In this document: positions 7,993-17,349 of the stretch, piece after piece | Layout of the letters: the number at the start of each line of letters is the position of its first letter | Numbering within the stretch: the first letter of the stretch is position 1 | Virus record (IMG/VR): IMGVR_UViG_3300037420_001796 | Coordinates: 1 to 64,000 of that record | Strand: one strand, 5' to 3' | DNA: 64,000 bases | Origin: a virus | Lineage: Duplodnaviria; Caudoviricetes | The notes under the pieces: generated by a model | Seen by the model: the letters and a program-made list of their open reading frames with translations, nothing else | What the model was told of the DNA's origin: nothing | Databases searched by the model: none | Program-made: the position numbers and the translations under genes

Positions 7993-9779
7993 CCAGCGAA
8001 CTCGTCACCGAACACGTCAAGCGCCTTCGCGCGGCGACCACGCACAAGCTGCACATGGGCGATGTGCCCAAGTGGGTCGCCGAGAACACGACCATCAACG
8101 GCCGGGCGTACTCGTTCAAGGACCACGAGTACCAGATCCGCACGATGGGCGACGAGTCGCAGGAGATCGTGATTCGCAAGTGTTCGCAGGTCGGCATTTC
8201 CGAGTCGGAGATCCGCAAGGCGTTGGGCCTCGTGGCGATCATGCCGCGCTACAACATCATCTACACGTTCCCGACGGCGACGTTCGCGTCCAACTACGTC
8301 AAGACGCGTATCGACCCCGTGATCCTGGGCTCGGCTGCCTTGCGCACGGCGATGCACAACGGCGTGGACTCGGCTGACACCAAGCAGGTCGGCGACAACT
8401 TCCTGTACTTCAAGGGCGCGCAGGCGGGCAACGCCGCGATCTCGGTGGCCGCGGACCACTTGATCCATGACGAGCTGGACTTCAGCGACATGGTGATCAT
8501 CTCGCAGTACCAGTCGCGCCTGACGCACTCGCCCTTCAAGCGCAAGACCAAGCTGTCCACGCCCACGATTCCCAAGGGCCCGATCGACAAGGAGTTCGCG
8601 GCCAGCCGCCGCCACTGGCTGTTCGTCAAGTGCGATCACTGCAACCACCAGTTCGTGCCCAACTACTACGAGCACGTGCTGATCCCGGGCTACAGCAACG
8701 ACCTGCGCTACATCACGAAGGACAACCTTCACACGATCCGCTATCACGAAGCGAAGCTGCACTGCCCGCGATGCGGCAAGGTGCCCAGCTTGCAGGTCGA
8801 GCACCGCCAGTGGGTGTGCGAAAACCCGAGCGAGAACCACCTTGCGGTGGGCTATCAGATCCAGCCGTTTGACGCGCCGAACCTCATCACGATCCCGTAT
8901 CTGGTGGAAGCGAGCACGCAGTACGACCGCATCGTCGACTTCCAGAACTTCAACCTCGGCTTGCCGGCGGAGGACAAGGACAACGGCCTGACGTTGGAAG
9001 ACATCGAGCGCTGCAAGGTGAACCTGCTCACCTCGCCGTTCACCACGCACGTGCTGGGCGGGGACATGGGCTTGCTGTGCCGCGTCGTGATCGGCAACTA
9101 CCTGCAGACCGGGGAGTTCCTCGTCGTGCACAAGGAGCAGATCCCGATCGGCAAGTTCAAGGTGCGCTACCGAGAGCTGTGCGCGCAGTTCCGCTGTACG
9201 GCCAAGGTGCTGGACGCGCAGCCGTACGTCGAGACGGTGATGTCGCTGCAGGAGGAAGACCCGAACCTGTACGGCGCTGTGTTCGTGCGCAAGGAAAAGC
9301 TGGAGGTGTACGACATCTCCACGCGCGAGGAAAACGAGGAGGCGGGCAAGACCGCGCTGCGCCAGGTCTCGATCAACCGCAACAAAGCGCTTGATTTGCT
9401 GATGGATGACATCCGCTACCAGGACGCCACAGGCATCAACAAGCCCATGATCCGTGTGAACGCGTCGGAAACCGAGGGCGCGGGCGGTGTGCCTTGGAAG
9501 GTGTTCACCGACCAGCTCACCGACATGAAGCGGATGAAAAAACTCACCGACTCGAACGACTTCGAGAACGTGTGGGTCAAGTCCGACGCGAAGAACGACC
9601 ACTTCCACTTCGGCCTGCTGTATGCGTGGGTGGCCGCGAAGCTGCGCGCGACGGTGGTCGGCGGCATCGAGCCGGGGATGATGGGCGTGTCCACGTTCAA
9701 GCACAAAACCAAGGAAGACTCGACGGTCTTCGGCGGCGCGCAGGCCGGGCGGCGAGGCACCGGTTTGCGAAGGGATTGA
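7989..9779 (+). CDS. terminase large subunit (lambda GpA-like)
   Basis: IRKCSQVGISE Walker A variant, IHDELD Walker B, CxxC...CxxC zinc motif, LGGDMG and NDHFH nuclease motifs; GTG with GGAGG RBS. Confidence 0.85.
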   Translation: MTSELVTEHVKRLRAATTHKLHMGDVPKWVAENTTINGRAYSFKDHEYQIRTMGDESQEIVIRKCSQVGISESEIRKALGLVAIMPRYNIIYTFPTATFASNYVKTRIDPVILGSAALRTAMHNGVDSADTKQVGDNFLYFKGAQAGNAAISVAADHLIHDELDFSDMVIISQYQSRLTHSPFKRKTKLSTPTIPKGPIDKEFAASRRHWLFVKCDHCNHQFVPNYYEHVLIPGYSNDLRYITKDNLHTIRYHEAKLHCPRCGKVPSLQVEHRQWVCENPSENHLAVGYQIQPFDAPNLITIPYLVEASTQYDRIVDFQNFNLGLPAEDKDNGLTLEDIERCKVNLLTSPFTTHVLGGDMGLLCRVVIGNYLQTGEFLVVHKEQIPIGKFKVRYRELCAQFRCTAKVLDAQPYVETVMSLQEEDPNLYGAVFVRKEKLEVYDISTREENEEAGKTALRQVSINRNKALDLLMDDIRYQDATGINKPMIRVNASETEGAGGVPWKVFTDQLTDMKRMKKLTDSNDFENVWVKSDAKNDHFHFGLLYAWVAAKLRATVVGGIEPGMMGVSTFKHKTKEDSTVFGGAQAGRRGTGLRRD

Positions 9780-9782
9780 CGG

Positions 9783-9817
9783 GGGATTTACTTTCCGTTT
9801 GGCGCATCCCTAGTCTG
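9783..9817 (+). promoter_or_regulatory. late promoter motif copy 2
   Basis: GGGATT-N18-TCCCTAGTCTG directly before portal ATG. Confidence 0.75.
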
Positions 9818-9822
9818 GGACG

Positions 9823-11355
9823 ATGCTCGCGCGACTTGGAAAGCTTCTGCGGTCGATGACGGGGTCGGCTCGGCCGCAGGCCGGCTCGACCCTGCCGCCC
9901 ATTGTGGACCCGAAGGTCCCCAACAAGCAGCAGACGCAGCAGTCGTTTTCCAAGCGCACGAAGACGACCAACGCGGACATCCGCATCCTCGAGACCGACC
10001 GCAGCACGGCCAGTCTCGATCTGCTGTCGCTGCGCTCGGGCAGCACCACCAAAGGGGTCATTCGCGACCTCGCGAAGGTCTCGCCCGACCTGTCCGGCGC
10101 GCGCTGGGCCTACCAGCGCATGGTGGTCACGCGCGGCTTCAACGCCATCGCCTACAACCAGGACGGCACGCCCAATCCGCAGGCGACCTCGGCGCTGCAG
10201 CAGCTGATCGCGCGCTTTAACAACCTCACGGACTACACCGACGGCTTTTCCGCGGTGGCGTCGCTGTACTCGGTGGCCGAGCAGCTCACGAGCGAGTTCG
10301 TGACGTATGGCGCCGCGTCCATGGAGCTCGTGCTTGACAAGGCGCGCCTTCCCAACCGCTTGCAGCCGATCTCCACGACGCAGCTGGTCTTCTACGAAGA
10401 GAAGTCCGACGGGTACACGTACCCGATCCAGCGCATCAACGGCAACGAGATCAACCTGGACATCCCGACGTTCTTCTACGAGTCGATCGATCAGGATCTG
10501 CTGCAGCCGTACAGCGACAGCCCGCTCGAGGCGGCGCTGCAGGCCACGCTTGCCGATGCCGAGTTCACGAATGACCTGCGCCGCACGATCAAGCGCGCGC
10601 TGCATCCGCGGCTGAAAGCCAAGATCGTCTACGACACGTTCAAAAAGACGATTCCTCCGAACGTGCTCGGCGACCCTGTGGCGCTGAAGGCGTATCACGA
10701 AGAGTTCATCGCCAACATAGCGGCGACGGTGAACTCGCTTGAGCCGGACGACGCGCTCGTCACGTTCGACACCACCGAATTCGATTACCTCAATAACGGC
10801 AACGTCACTCTGAACAAGGAGTGGGAGGTGATCGCGAACCTGATCAACGCCAAGCAGGCCACCGGCACGCACACGCCGCCGGCCGTGCTTGGCCACGGAT
10901 CGGGTTCGCAGAACATCGCATCCACGGAGACGATGCTTTTCGTGCGCTACTGCGAGGGCATCCAGAACCACGTCAATTCGATGCTCTCGCGTGCGCTGAC
11001 GCTTGGCGTGCGCCTCCTTGGCTACGACGTGTACGTCGAATTCTCGTTCGACCGTATCGACCTGCGGCCCGACAGCGAGCTCGAGGCGTTCCGCGTCATG
11101 CGTCAGGAACGAATCCTCGAGCAGCTGTCGTGGGGCTTCATCAGCGACGAGCAGGCCTCGATCCTGCTGACCGGCAAGCTGCCGCCGCCCGGCTTCAAGA
11201 AGCTCTCGGGCACGCAGTTCCAGGTGCAAAAGACCGAGTTCGGCAACGCCTCGAGTAACACCAGCAACGGCTCGGGCAACAGCAACTCGCAGCCGCAGGA
11301 CCAAAACAAGCAAACCCCCACGCAATCGAAAGGGCCCGTCACGCGGGTGAAGTGA
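9823..11355 (+). CDS. portal protein
   Basis: 510 aa between TerL and protease; size and synteny. Confidence 0.75.
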   Translation: MLARLGKLLRSMTGSARPQAGSTLPPIVDPKVPNKQQTQQSFSKRTKTTNADIRILETDRSTASLDLLSLRSGSTTKGVIRDLAKVSPDLSGARWAYQRMVVTRGFNAIAYNQDGTPNPQATSALQQLIARFNNLTDYTDGFSAVASLYSVAEQLTSEFVTYGAASMELVLDKARLPNRLQPISTTQLVFYEEKSDGYTYPIQRINGNEINLDIPTFFYESIDQDLLQPYSDSPLEAALQATLADAEFTNDLRRTIKRALHPRLKAKIVYDTFKKTIPPNVLGDPVALKAYHEEFIANIAATVNSLEPDDALVTFDTTEFDYLNNGNVTLNKEWEVIANLINAKQATGTHTPPAVLGHGSGSQNIASTETMLFVRYCEGIQNHVNSMLSRALTLGVRLLGYDVYVEFSFDRIDLRPDSELEAFRVMRQERILEQLSWGFISDEQASILLTGKLPPPGFKKLSGTQFQVQKTEFGNASSNTSNGSGNSNSQPQDQNKQTPTQSKGPVTRVK

Positions 11356-11356
11356 C

Positions 11357-12832
11357 ATGAACGAACTGATGGACATCAAGTTCTGGGCAGGCACGGAGGA
11401 GTCCTTCGGGGTCTACCTGCTTTGCCTGAAGAAGATGATCGACAGCGGCGACTTCGAGAAGTTCGCCGCGGGCGCGTTCGCCTCGCAGCAGTCGCAGGCG
11501 AGCGAAGAAGACGTGCCGCGCCTTTTCTCGCAGCACGGCAACGTCGGCATCGTCAAGATCGCCGGCCCCTTGAACAACTCGAGCTCGTGGCTCAACCAGG
11601 TGTACGGCATGACCGGCTACCCGGAGATCCGCGATGCGATGGTGTACGCGGCCAAGAAGCCCGACGTCGGCGCGATCGTGCTGGACGTGGGCTCCGGTGG
11701 CGGCGCGGTGGCCGGCGTGTTCGACACCGCGAACCTGATCTCCACGATCGACTCGCAGGTCAAGCCGGTTCACACCTTCTCCTCGGGCGGCATCATGTCC
11801 GCGGCCTACCTGCTTGGCTCGGCCGCGCGCACGGTGAACATCGATCAGATGGCCGAGGCCGGCTCGATCGGTGTCGTCGCGGTGCACCAGGAGATGAGCA
11901 AGATGCTTGCCGACATCGGCATCACGCCCACCGTGATCCGCTCGGGCAAGTACAAGGCGCTGGGCAATCCGTTCGAGCCACTGAACGACACCGCGAAGTC
12001 GGAAATGCAAAGCCAGGTCGACCACCTTGCGGGCATCTTCGATCAGCACGTGGCCGATCAGCGCGGCACGACTGCGCAGATCGTGAACGAGAAGATGGGT
12101 CAGGGTCGCATCTTCATCGGACAGCAAGCCAAGGATGTGGGCCTCGTCGACGGCATCAGTTCGTTCGACGCAGTGGTGTCCAAAATCCAAGGGGGGATTG
12201 ACTCTGCAAAAGACCGCTCCAAGTATGGCGCGAATTCCACGAACAAGAACAACCAAGGAATTCAAGCAGTGAAAACTCCTCTGACCGAAAAGGACATCGT
12301 CGCTCTTGCCGCGGCGGGCTTCGCCGTCAAGGCCGATGCCGAACTGACCGCCGAGCAGACGCAAGCGCTCGAAGCTGCTCGCAAGGCCGAGAAGGAAGCT
12401 GCTGACAAGGCCGCGTCCGACGCCGCTGCCGCTGCAGCCTCCAAGAACGACAAGACGCCCACGGCGCTCGAGCTCGTGCAAGGCCAACTTGCTGCCGCGC
12501 AGGCGCAAGTCACCAACCTCACGATCGAGCTGCGCGACGAGAAGGCCGCCAGCGAGAAGGTCAAGGGCTCGCACGCTTCGATGCGCGCGATCGTCGTGGC
12601 ATCCGCAGGTCGCATGAAGGTCGCGCTCGGCCAGACGCCCGGCGGCGAAGACGCACTGGATGACGCCGCTCTGCTCGCTGCTCACGAGGCTCTCGTGACC
12701 GAGTTCCAGAAGAAGTTCCCGGCCGGCGGCGTTGCCGCGGTGGCCGCGGACAAATCGAACAAGAGCCAAGACGCGTCCGATCCCACGCGCGCGGCTCGCA
12801 TCGCGGCGACGCGTCCCACCGGCAAGAAATAA
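11357..12832 (+). CDS. S49 (SppA/ClpP-like) prohead protease with C-terminal scaffold region
   Basis: IVLDVGSGGG, SAAYLLGSAA, GSIGV, SGKYK motifs; Ala/Lys-rich helical C-terminus. Confidence 0.9.
   Translation: MNELMDIKFWAGTEESFGVYLLCLKKMIDSGDFEKFAAGAFASQQSQASEEDVPRLFSQHGNVGIVKIAGPLNNSSSWLNQVYGMTGYPEIRDAMVYAAKKPDVGAIVLDVGSGGGAVAGVFDTANLISTIDSQVKPVHTFSSGGIMSAAYLLGSAARTVNIDQMAEAGSIGVVAVHQEMSKMLADIGITPTVIRSGKYKALGNPFEPLNDTAKSEMQSQVDHLAGIFDQHVADQRGTTAQIVNEKMGQGRIFIGQQAKDVGLVDGISSFDAVVSKIQGGIDSAKDRSKYGANSTNKNNQGIQAVKTPLTEKDIVALAAAGFAVKADAELTAEQTQALEAARKAEKEAADKAASDAAAAAASKNDKTPTALELVQGQLAAAQAQVTNLTIELRDEKAASEKVKGSHASMRAIVVASAGRMKVALGQTPGGEDALDDAALLAAHEALVTEFQKKFPAGGVAAVAADKSNKSQDASDPTRAARIAATRPTGKK
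12194..12227 (+). promoter_or_regulatory. late promoter motif copy 3 (inside protease gene)
   Basis: GGGATT-N17-CTCCAAGTATG. Confidence 0.6.
12269..12832 (+). CDS. nested scaffolding protein (in-frame internal start)
   Basis: In-frame GTG (codon 305) preceded by AACAAGAACAACCAAGGA leader and the internal promoter motif; analogous to lambda Nu3 within C. Confidence 0.65.
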   Translation: MKTPLTEKDIVALAAAGFAVKADAELTAEQTQALEAARKAEKEAADKAASDAAAAAASKNDKTPTALELVQGQLAAAQAQVTNLTIELRDEKAASEKVKGSHASMRAIVVASAGRMKVALGQTPGGEDALDDAALLAAHEALVTEFQKKFPAGGVAAVAADKSNKSQDASDPTRAARIAATRPTGKK

Positions 12833-12844
12833 GGAGAACAAGAA

Positions 12845-13372
12845 ATGCCGAAGTTCCAGATGGGCGTCACGATCGCGCCCGACCAAATCAACGATACCGC
12901 GCGTATGGGCGGCGCCTCCGGCGCGAACCCCATGACGCAGAGCGACCAAGGCAAGTTCGTCAAGCTCGCTGGTGGCAGCCGCTATGACCTGTGCGACGCG
13001 GGCGACAAGATCGAAGGCATCGCGCAGACCGTGCAGGACCCCGACAAGGGCACCTACGACGGCTACACGCTTGGCGGCGTGCAGAAGGAAGGCCGCGCGA
13101 TCGCTTACGCCGATGGCTCTGAAGCCGCCGGCACGGGCTCGCTTGCCGTGGGCGACTATGTCGTGTGCGGCACCGTCGTGGCCAAGGGCACGGCCCTGAC
13201 CGACTACCCGAAGGTGCGCAAGGCGACGAACCAGCCCGGCTCGGTTCCTGCCGACCTGACTGCTGCGGCAGACCAGGTGAAGAACGCGATCTTCGCGTGG
13301 CGCGTCATCGAGATCCTGTCGGGCACCGGCGCCGTCGGCGACAAGGTCCTCATCGAACGCGTGACCGACTAA
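12845..13372 (+). CDS. head decoration / capsid cement protein
   Basis: 175-aa Gly-rich beta protein between protease and MCP. Confidence 0.6.
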   Translation: MPKFQMGVTIAPDQINDTARMGGASGANPMTQSDQGKFVKLAGGSRYDLCDAGDKIEGIAQTVQDPDKGTYDGYTLGGVQKEGRAIAYADGSEAAGTGSLAVGDYVVCGTVVAKGTALTDYPKVRKATNQPGSVPADLTAAADQVKNAIFAWRVIEILSGTGAVGDKVLIERVTD

Positions 13373-13405
13373 GCGGCCCGCCACCACAAGAACAAGGAGA
13401 AAAAA

Positions 13406-14587
13406 GTGGCAAAAGAACTGGTTTACGTCGCAGCTAACGGCGACAAGCTGCCGATGGACCTCTCGCTTGCGATGGTCAAGGAGGCGTGCGACGCTGGTGT
13501 CGGTCTGCGCGAGTGGATCAACGCCAAGTACCCCACCAACGCTGAGCGCGACGGCACCGCCTTCGAGCAGGCGATGGAGCAAGCGGGCCTGTTCATCGGC
13601 GGCAACCGCGCGATGGGCATCCGCAAGACCAACTTCGCGGACATCCTGAACCCCGCCAACGAGGCTGCGGGCTCGGTGATCACGCGCGACAACGTGCCGG
13701 CTTCGCGGATTCTGTTCCCGCCGGCCATCCTGTCGGTCATCGAAGACAAGCTGAAGGTCGACTACAGCGAGTCCACCGCCGCCATCAACTCGATGGTCGC
13801 GTACGAGGACTCCATCCAGGGCACGCGCTTCGAGCGCCCGGTGCTGAACTTCAGCAAGCCCGAAGCCGCTCGTTCGGCACCGGTTGCGCAGCTCTCGCTG
13901 CCCAACTCGATGCTCTCGATCACGGCGTCGGACAAGCCGATGGTCGTGCCGAGCTGGTCGCTGGGCATGGAGATCTCCGAGCAGGCGCTGCAGATCACCT
14001 CGGTGGACCTGGTAAGCCTTGCCCTCGGCCGTCAAGCCGAAGTCGAGCGAAGCGAGCGTTCGTTCACGCAGATCCTCGCGCTGCTCCAAGGCGACCCCGA
14101 CAACGGTCAGGCTGCATTGAGCGCCACCGAGGCGAAGACCCTCGACGCGTCGATCACGACCGACGGCGTGCTCACGCAAAAGGCGTGGGTGGCGTGGCTG
14201 TCGCGCAATGCGAACAAGCGTCGCATCGACACGATCGTGACCGACCTTGCCACGGCCATCGCGATCGAGAACCGCACTGGCAAGCCGGTGATCACGGGTG
14301 ACAACCCGAACAGCAAGCGCATCGACACGCTGTTCGAAGTGATGAACCCGCACTGGCCGGATCGCGTGAGGATCTTCCTCACGACCGACCCGAACTGGCC
14401 GGCCAACACGATCCTCGGCCTGGACACCCGCTACGGCGTCCACCGCGTGACGAGCCTGTCGGCGCAGTTCTCGGCGATCGAGCAGTTCGTGCTCAAGCGC
14501 TCCACCGCGATGCGCTTCGACAACGGCGAACTCCTGTATCGCCTGTTCGATGAGGCGTTCGACGTCCTCACGCTGACGACCGCGTAA
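13406..14587 (+). CDS. major capsid protein
   Basis: 393 aa, strong RBS, highly biased codons, followed by terminator; synteny. Confidence 0.8.
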   Translation: MAKELVYVAANGDKLPMDLSLAMVKEACDAGVGLREWINAKYPTNAERDGTAFEQAMEQAGLFIGGNRAMGIRKTNFADILNPANEAAGSVITRDNVPASRILFPPAILSVIEDKLKVDYSESTAAINSMVAYEDSIQGTRFERPVLNFSKPEAARSAPVAQLSLPNSMLSITASDKPMVVPSWSLGMEISEQALQITSVDLVSLALGRQAEVERSERSFTQILALLQGDPDNGQAALSATEAKTLDASITTDGVLTQKAWVAWLSRNANKRRIDTIVTDLATAIAIENRTGKPVITGDNPNSKRIDTLFEVMNPHWPDRVRIFLTTDPNWPANTILGLDTRYGVHRVTSLSAQFSAIEQFVLKRSTAMRFDNGELLYRLFDEAFDVLTLTTA

Positions 14588-14607
14588 TCCACGACTGGTC
14601 AGTAGAC

Positions 14608-14642
14608 AGGGCGGGCCGCCATGAGCGAACCCGCCCTTTTTC
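14608..14642 (+). terminator. rho-independent terminator after MCP
   Basis: AGGGCGGG...CCCGCCCT stem followed by T run. Confidence 0.75.
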
Positions 14643-14662
14643 AAGCCCCCAAGGAGAACTTC

Positions 14663-14959
14663 ATGAGCGAAAGCAACGCCAACACCAACAAGAACGCGCA
14701 GCCCGGCGCCGGCTCCAACCAAGACTCCAAGAGCGACCCGGTTCCCGGCTCGCAGCTTGCCGCCAAGATGGGCGTCGAGCCCCCGAAGGTCGAGAAGAAG
14801 GAGTGGCCGAAGGTCGCGCGCGTGCGCTCCGTCGTGGGCCGCATGGTCCACCTGATCACCGGCCAGGTGATCGACGGCGAGAGCGACAAGAAGATCACCA
14901 TCGACGGATTCGCCCGCTCGCAGCTCGATGCGGGCAAGTGGGTGGTGGTGACAGACTGA
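14663..14959 (+). CDS. hypothetical virion-associated protein
   Basis: 98 aa, AAGGAG RBS. Confidence 0.7.
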   Translation: MSESNANTNKNAQPGAGSNQDSKSDPVPGSQLAAKMGVEPPKVEKKEWPKVARVRSVVGRMVHLITGQVIDGESDKKITIDGFARSQLDAGKWVVVTD

Positions 14960-14978
14960 TTCCGCAGGGGCCTTCCGC

Positions 14979-15482
14979 ATGGCTTTGACGGACTACGCCG
15001 AGAACGACGAAGTTCGCGCCGCCCTCGGCGTGAACAGCAAAGAGCTGTCGGACACGGTGCTGGCATTGCCCGTCTATTTGATGGGCTTGACTCGAGAGCT
15101 GAACAAGATCTCGACGTCACTGCCTGCGGCTTTTTCCACGGTCAACGGGATCGCGGTCGATCAGCGCACCGCGATCCAGGAGGCCCTGTACGAGGCGACA
15201 CGCTTGTTCAGCGTGTACGCCGTCGCGCGTCAGGTGGGCGTGTCGCTTGCGAGCTTCATGCCCAAGGACATCACCGACGGCAAGGCCGCGCTGGGCCGCT
15301 TCGCCGGCACGCCGTGGGAAGACACGATGGCCGATGTCGAGCGCATGTACACCGATGCGCGCGACGGCCTGGTGGCCACCTACGCCGCGTACACGAACGC
15401 GGACGTTCCCACTTCCGTGAGCTCTCCGCCCACGACGTTCATCGCGTCGAAGCGAAGCTCGGATCCGGTGACCGGAACATGA
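14979..15482 (+). CDS. putative head-tail adaptor
   Basis: 167 aa, position after MCP. Confidence 0.55.
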   Translation: MALTDYAENDEVRAALGVNSKELSDTVLALPVYLMGLTRELNKISTSLPAAFSTVNGIAVDQRTAIQEALYEATRLFSVYAVARQVGVSLASFMPKDITDGKAALGRFAGTPWEDTMADVERMYTDARDGLVATYAAYTNADVPTSVSSPPTTFIASKRSSDPVTGT

Positions 15483-16306
15483 TGACGCTGGCCGACGCGG
15501 CCGCGTACTTCGACCGTACGCCGGTCCTCAATCCCGACAACGACAGCTTCCTGTTCAACGGGCAGCTGGAGCCATACGACGACTCGCGGCGCGACGCAGG
15601 CGCCGCGTATCGCCGCATCCTCAGCGTCGCGCCGGGCACGGCCGTACCCGAGACGGTCAAGACGCTTGGCCAGGTGTGGCTTGTCGGAAAGAGCGAGAGC
15701 GACGCGCTGGAAGACGTGCTTCGCGACAAGTACGTGCTGCAGCCGGTCACCACGAAGGTGAGCGTCAGCCGCCTGAACGACTTCCTTGCCGGCACGGCAA
15801 CGTCGTCGGTGTGGCTGTCCATCGAGTGGCTCAAGGACGCCAAGGAACTCGAGGTGTCCTCCAACACGGTGCCGATCTACAACGTCATCGCGCCGCCCTC
15901 GGCCGATCTGCGTGAGCACGACGTGCTCTGGTACGCCGGGCGCGCGCTGCTGGCGCAAAAGCCGCGGCATCACCCGTCCGGTTACGTGGAGGTCGAGGCG
16001 GTGGAGCTCGATCAGGTCTCGCCGGCCGCGGCCACCCTCACGGCTCGCACGTTCGACCCTGTCGCAAGCGCCTACACCACGAGCGGCACCGCCTCGGCGC
16101 AGTGCCTTCGCATTCGCTGGCAGAGCCTGTACCTGTACGAGTCGCAGGCGAGCGCGCGGTACCGCGAGGGCGATGCAACCCTTGCGCTTCCCACCGGCAC
16201 GGCGATCAAGGCTGATGACCGTATCACGCTTGCGGGAGCCGACTGGAAGGTGATCGCCGTGCAGACGCTTGCGGGCGTCGTGTGCGTGCATGCGCGGGGC
16301 GTGTGA
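15479..16306 (+). CDS. putative head closure / head-tail joining protein
   Basis: 275 aa, ATGA overlap, beta-rich; synteny. Confidence 0.55.
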   Translation: MMTLADAAAYFDRTPVLNPDNDSFLFNGQLEPYDDSRRDAGAAYRRILSVAPGTAVPETVKTLGQVWLVGKSESDALEDVLRDKYVLQPVTTKVSVSRLNDFLAGTATSSVWLSIEWLKDAKELEVSSNTVPIYNVIAPPSADLREHDVLWYAGRALLAQKPRHHPSGYVEVEAVELDQVSPAAATLTARTFDPVASAYTTSGTASAQCLRIRWQSLYLYESQASARYREGDATLALPTGTAIKADDRITLAGADWKVIAVQTLAGVVCVHARGV

Positions 16307-16869
16307 TGGGCCTCGTCAAGAACCTCACCGAGTTCGACTTGGGCATCGACCTGTTCATGAAGAAGGTCGAAGACGCGCCCGTGCAGCAGTTTCGCCAGCT
16401 GGTGTGGATGGTGTTCTGCGAAATCCTCGAGCAGACTCCTCAGTGGTCAGGCAAGGCCGTGGCCAACTGGAACATCGGCGTCGGCTCGCCCGACTACAGC
16501 TGGGACGACACGCTTGGCGAGCCGGACGTGGGCACGACCGCGCTTCACAACGAGCCCCTTGAAAAGGGCAATCAGGAGTGGATCGAGGTCGCCAAGTTCC
16601 GCAATGCCGACAAGATCAAGCTGATAAAGCGGCGCGAGAAGGTCTACATCACCAACAGCGTGTTCGGTGACGACGATCACGGCCGCTCCTCCAATTTCTA
16701 CCTCGCATCGCTGCAGGACCCGGGCTACTGGCAGCAAAAGCTTCGCGAGGTCAACAAGCCTTACGAGATCGCCACCGAAACGATGATCCGCGTGATCACC
16801 GAGTACGGGCGCGGCGGCGGCCTGGCGCTCACGAACGTCGGCGGCCTGTCTTTCGGAGACGAGATATGA
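16306..16869 (+). CDS. neck / tail completion protein (HK97 gp10-like)
   Basis: TPQWSGKAVANWN and YITN motifs typical of this family. Confidence 0.6.
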   Translation: MGLVKNLTEFDLGIDLFMKKVEDAPVQQFRQLVWMVFCEILEQTPQWSGKAVANWNIGVGSPDYSWDDTLGEPDVGTTALHNEPLEKGNQEWIEVAKFRNADKIKLIKRREKVYITNSVFGDDDHGRSSNFYLASLQDPGYWQQKLREVNKPYEIATETMIRVITEYGRGGGLALTNVGGLSFGDEI

Positions 16870-17273
16870 GCTTTGACGCATTCCGCTCGGCCGTCGTATC
16901 GCAGATCAAGACGTGGATGACCGACAACTACCCGGCCGTTCCTGTGCAGTGGGAAAACGGACCACCGCTTGACCAGGATACGTGCGGGCCGCTGTGGCTG
17001 GACGTGTCCGTCAAGGTTCTCACCGGCAAGAACGTCACTTCCGGTGTCCGCGCGCGCGGGCGCGAAAACGGCGTGATCTCCACCAACTTGTATGTCAAGG
17101 CCGGCGAAGGCCTGCAGCAGGCCGATGCGATCGTCGAAGGCTTGCGAGAGCTGCTGCGCAACTGCCGCGTGGGCGGCGGCGTGCTGTTTTTCCCGGTGCG
17201 CGGCAACCCGCCGCAGATGCTTGGCTGGTACCAGCTGGCCCTGAAAACCCCCTTCTACCTCGACTCGGCGTAG
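16866..17273 (+). CDS. tail terminator protein
   Basis: 135 aa immediately before tail tube gene. Confidence 0.6.
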   Translation: MSFDAFRSAVVSQIKTWMTDNYPAVPVQWENGPPLDQDTCGPLWLDVSVKVLTGKNVTSGVRARGRENGVISTNLYVKAGEGLQQADAIVEGLRELLRNCRVGGGVLFFPVRGNPPQMLGWYQLALKTPFYLDSA

Positions 17274-17308
17274 GGGATTGATTTTTCGGAGGGCCTGTCC
17301 CTAGTCTG
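17274..17308 (+). promoter_or_regulatory. late promoter motif copy 4
   Basis: GGGATT-N18-TCCCTAGTCTG before tail tube gene. Confidence 0.75.
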
Positions 17309-17349
17309 GCCCGAACCTCCCAGAACAACAAGAACAAACGGAGAGAGCA

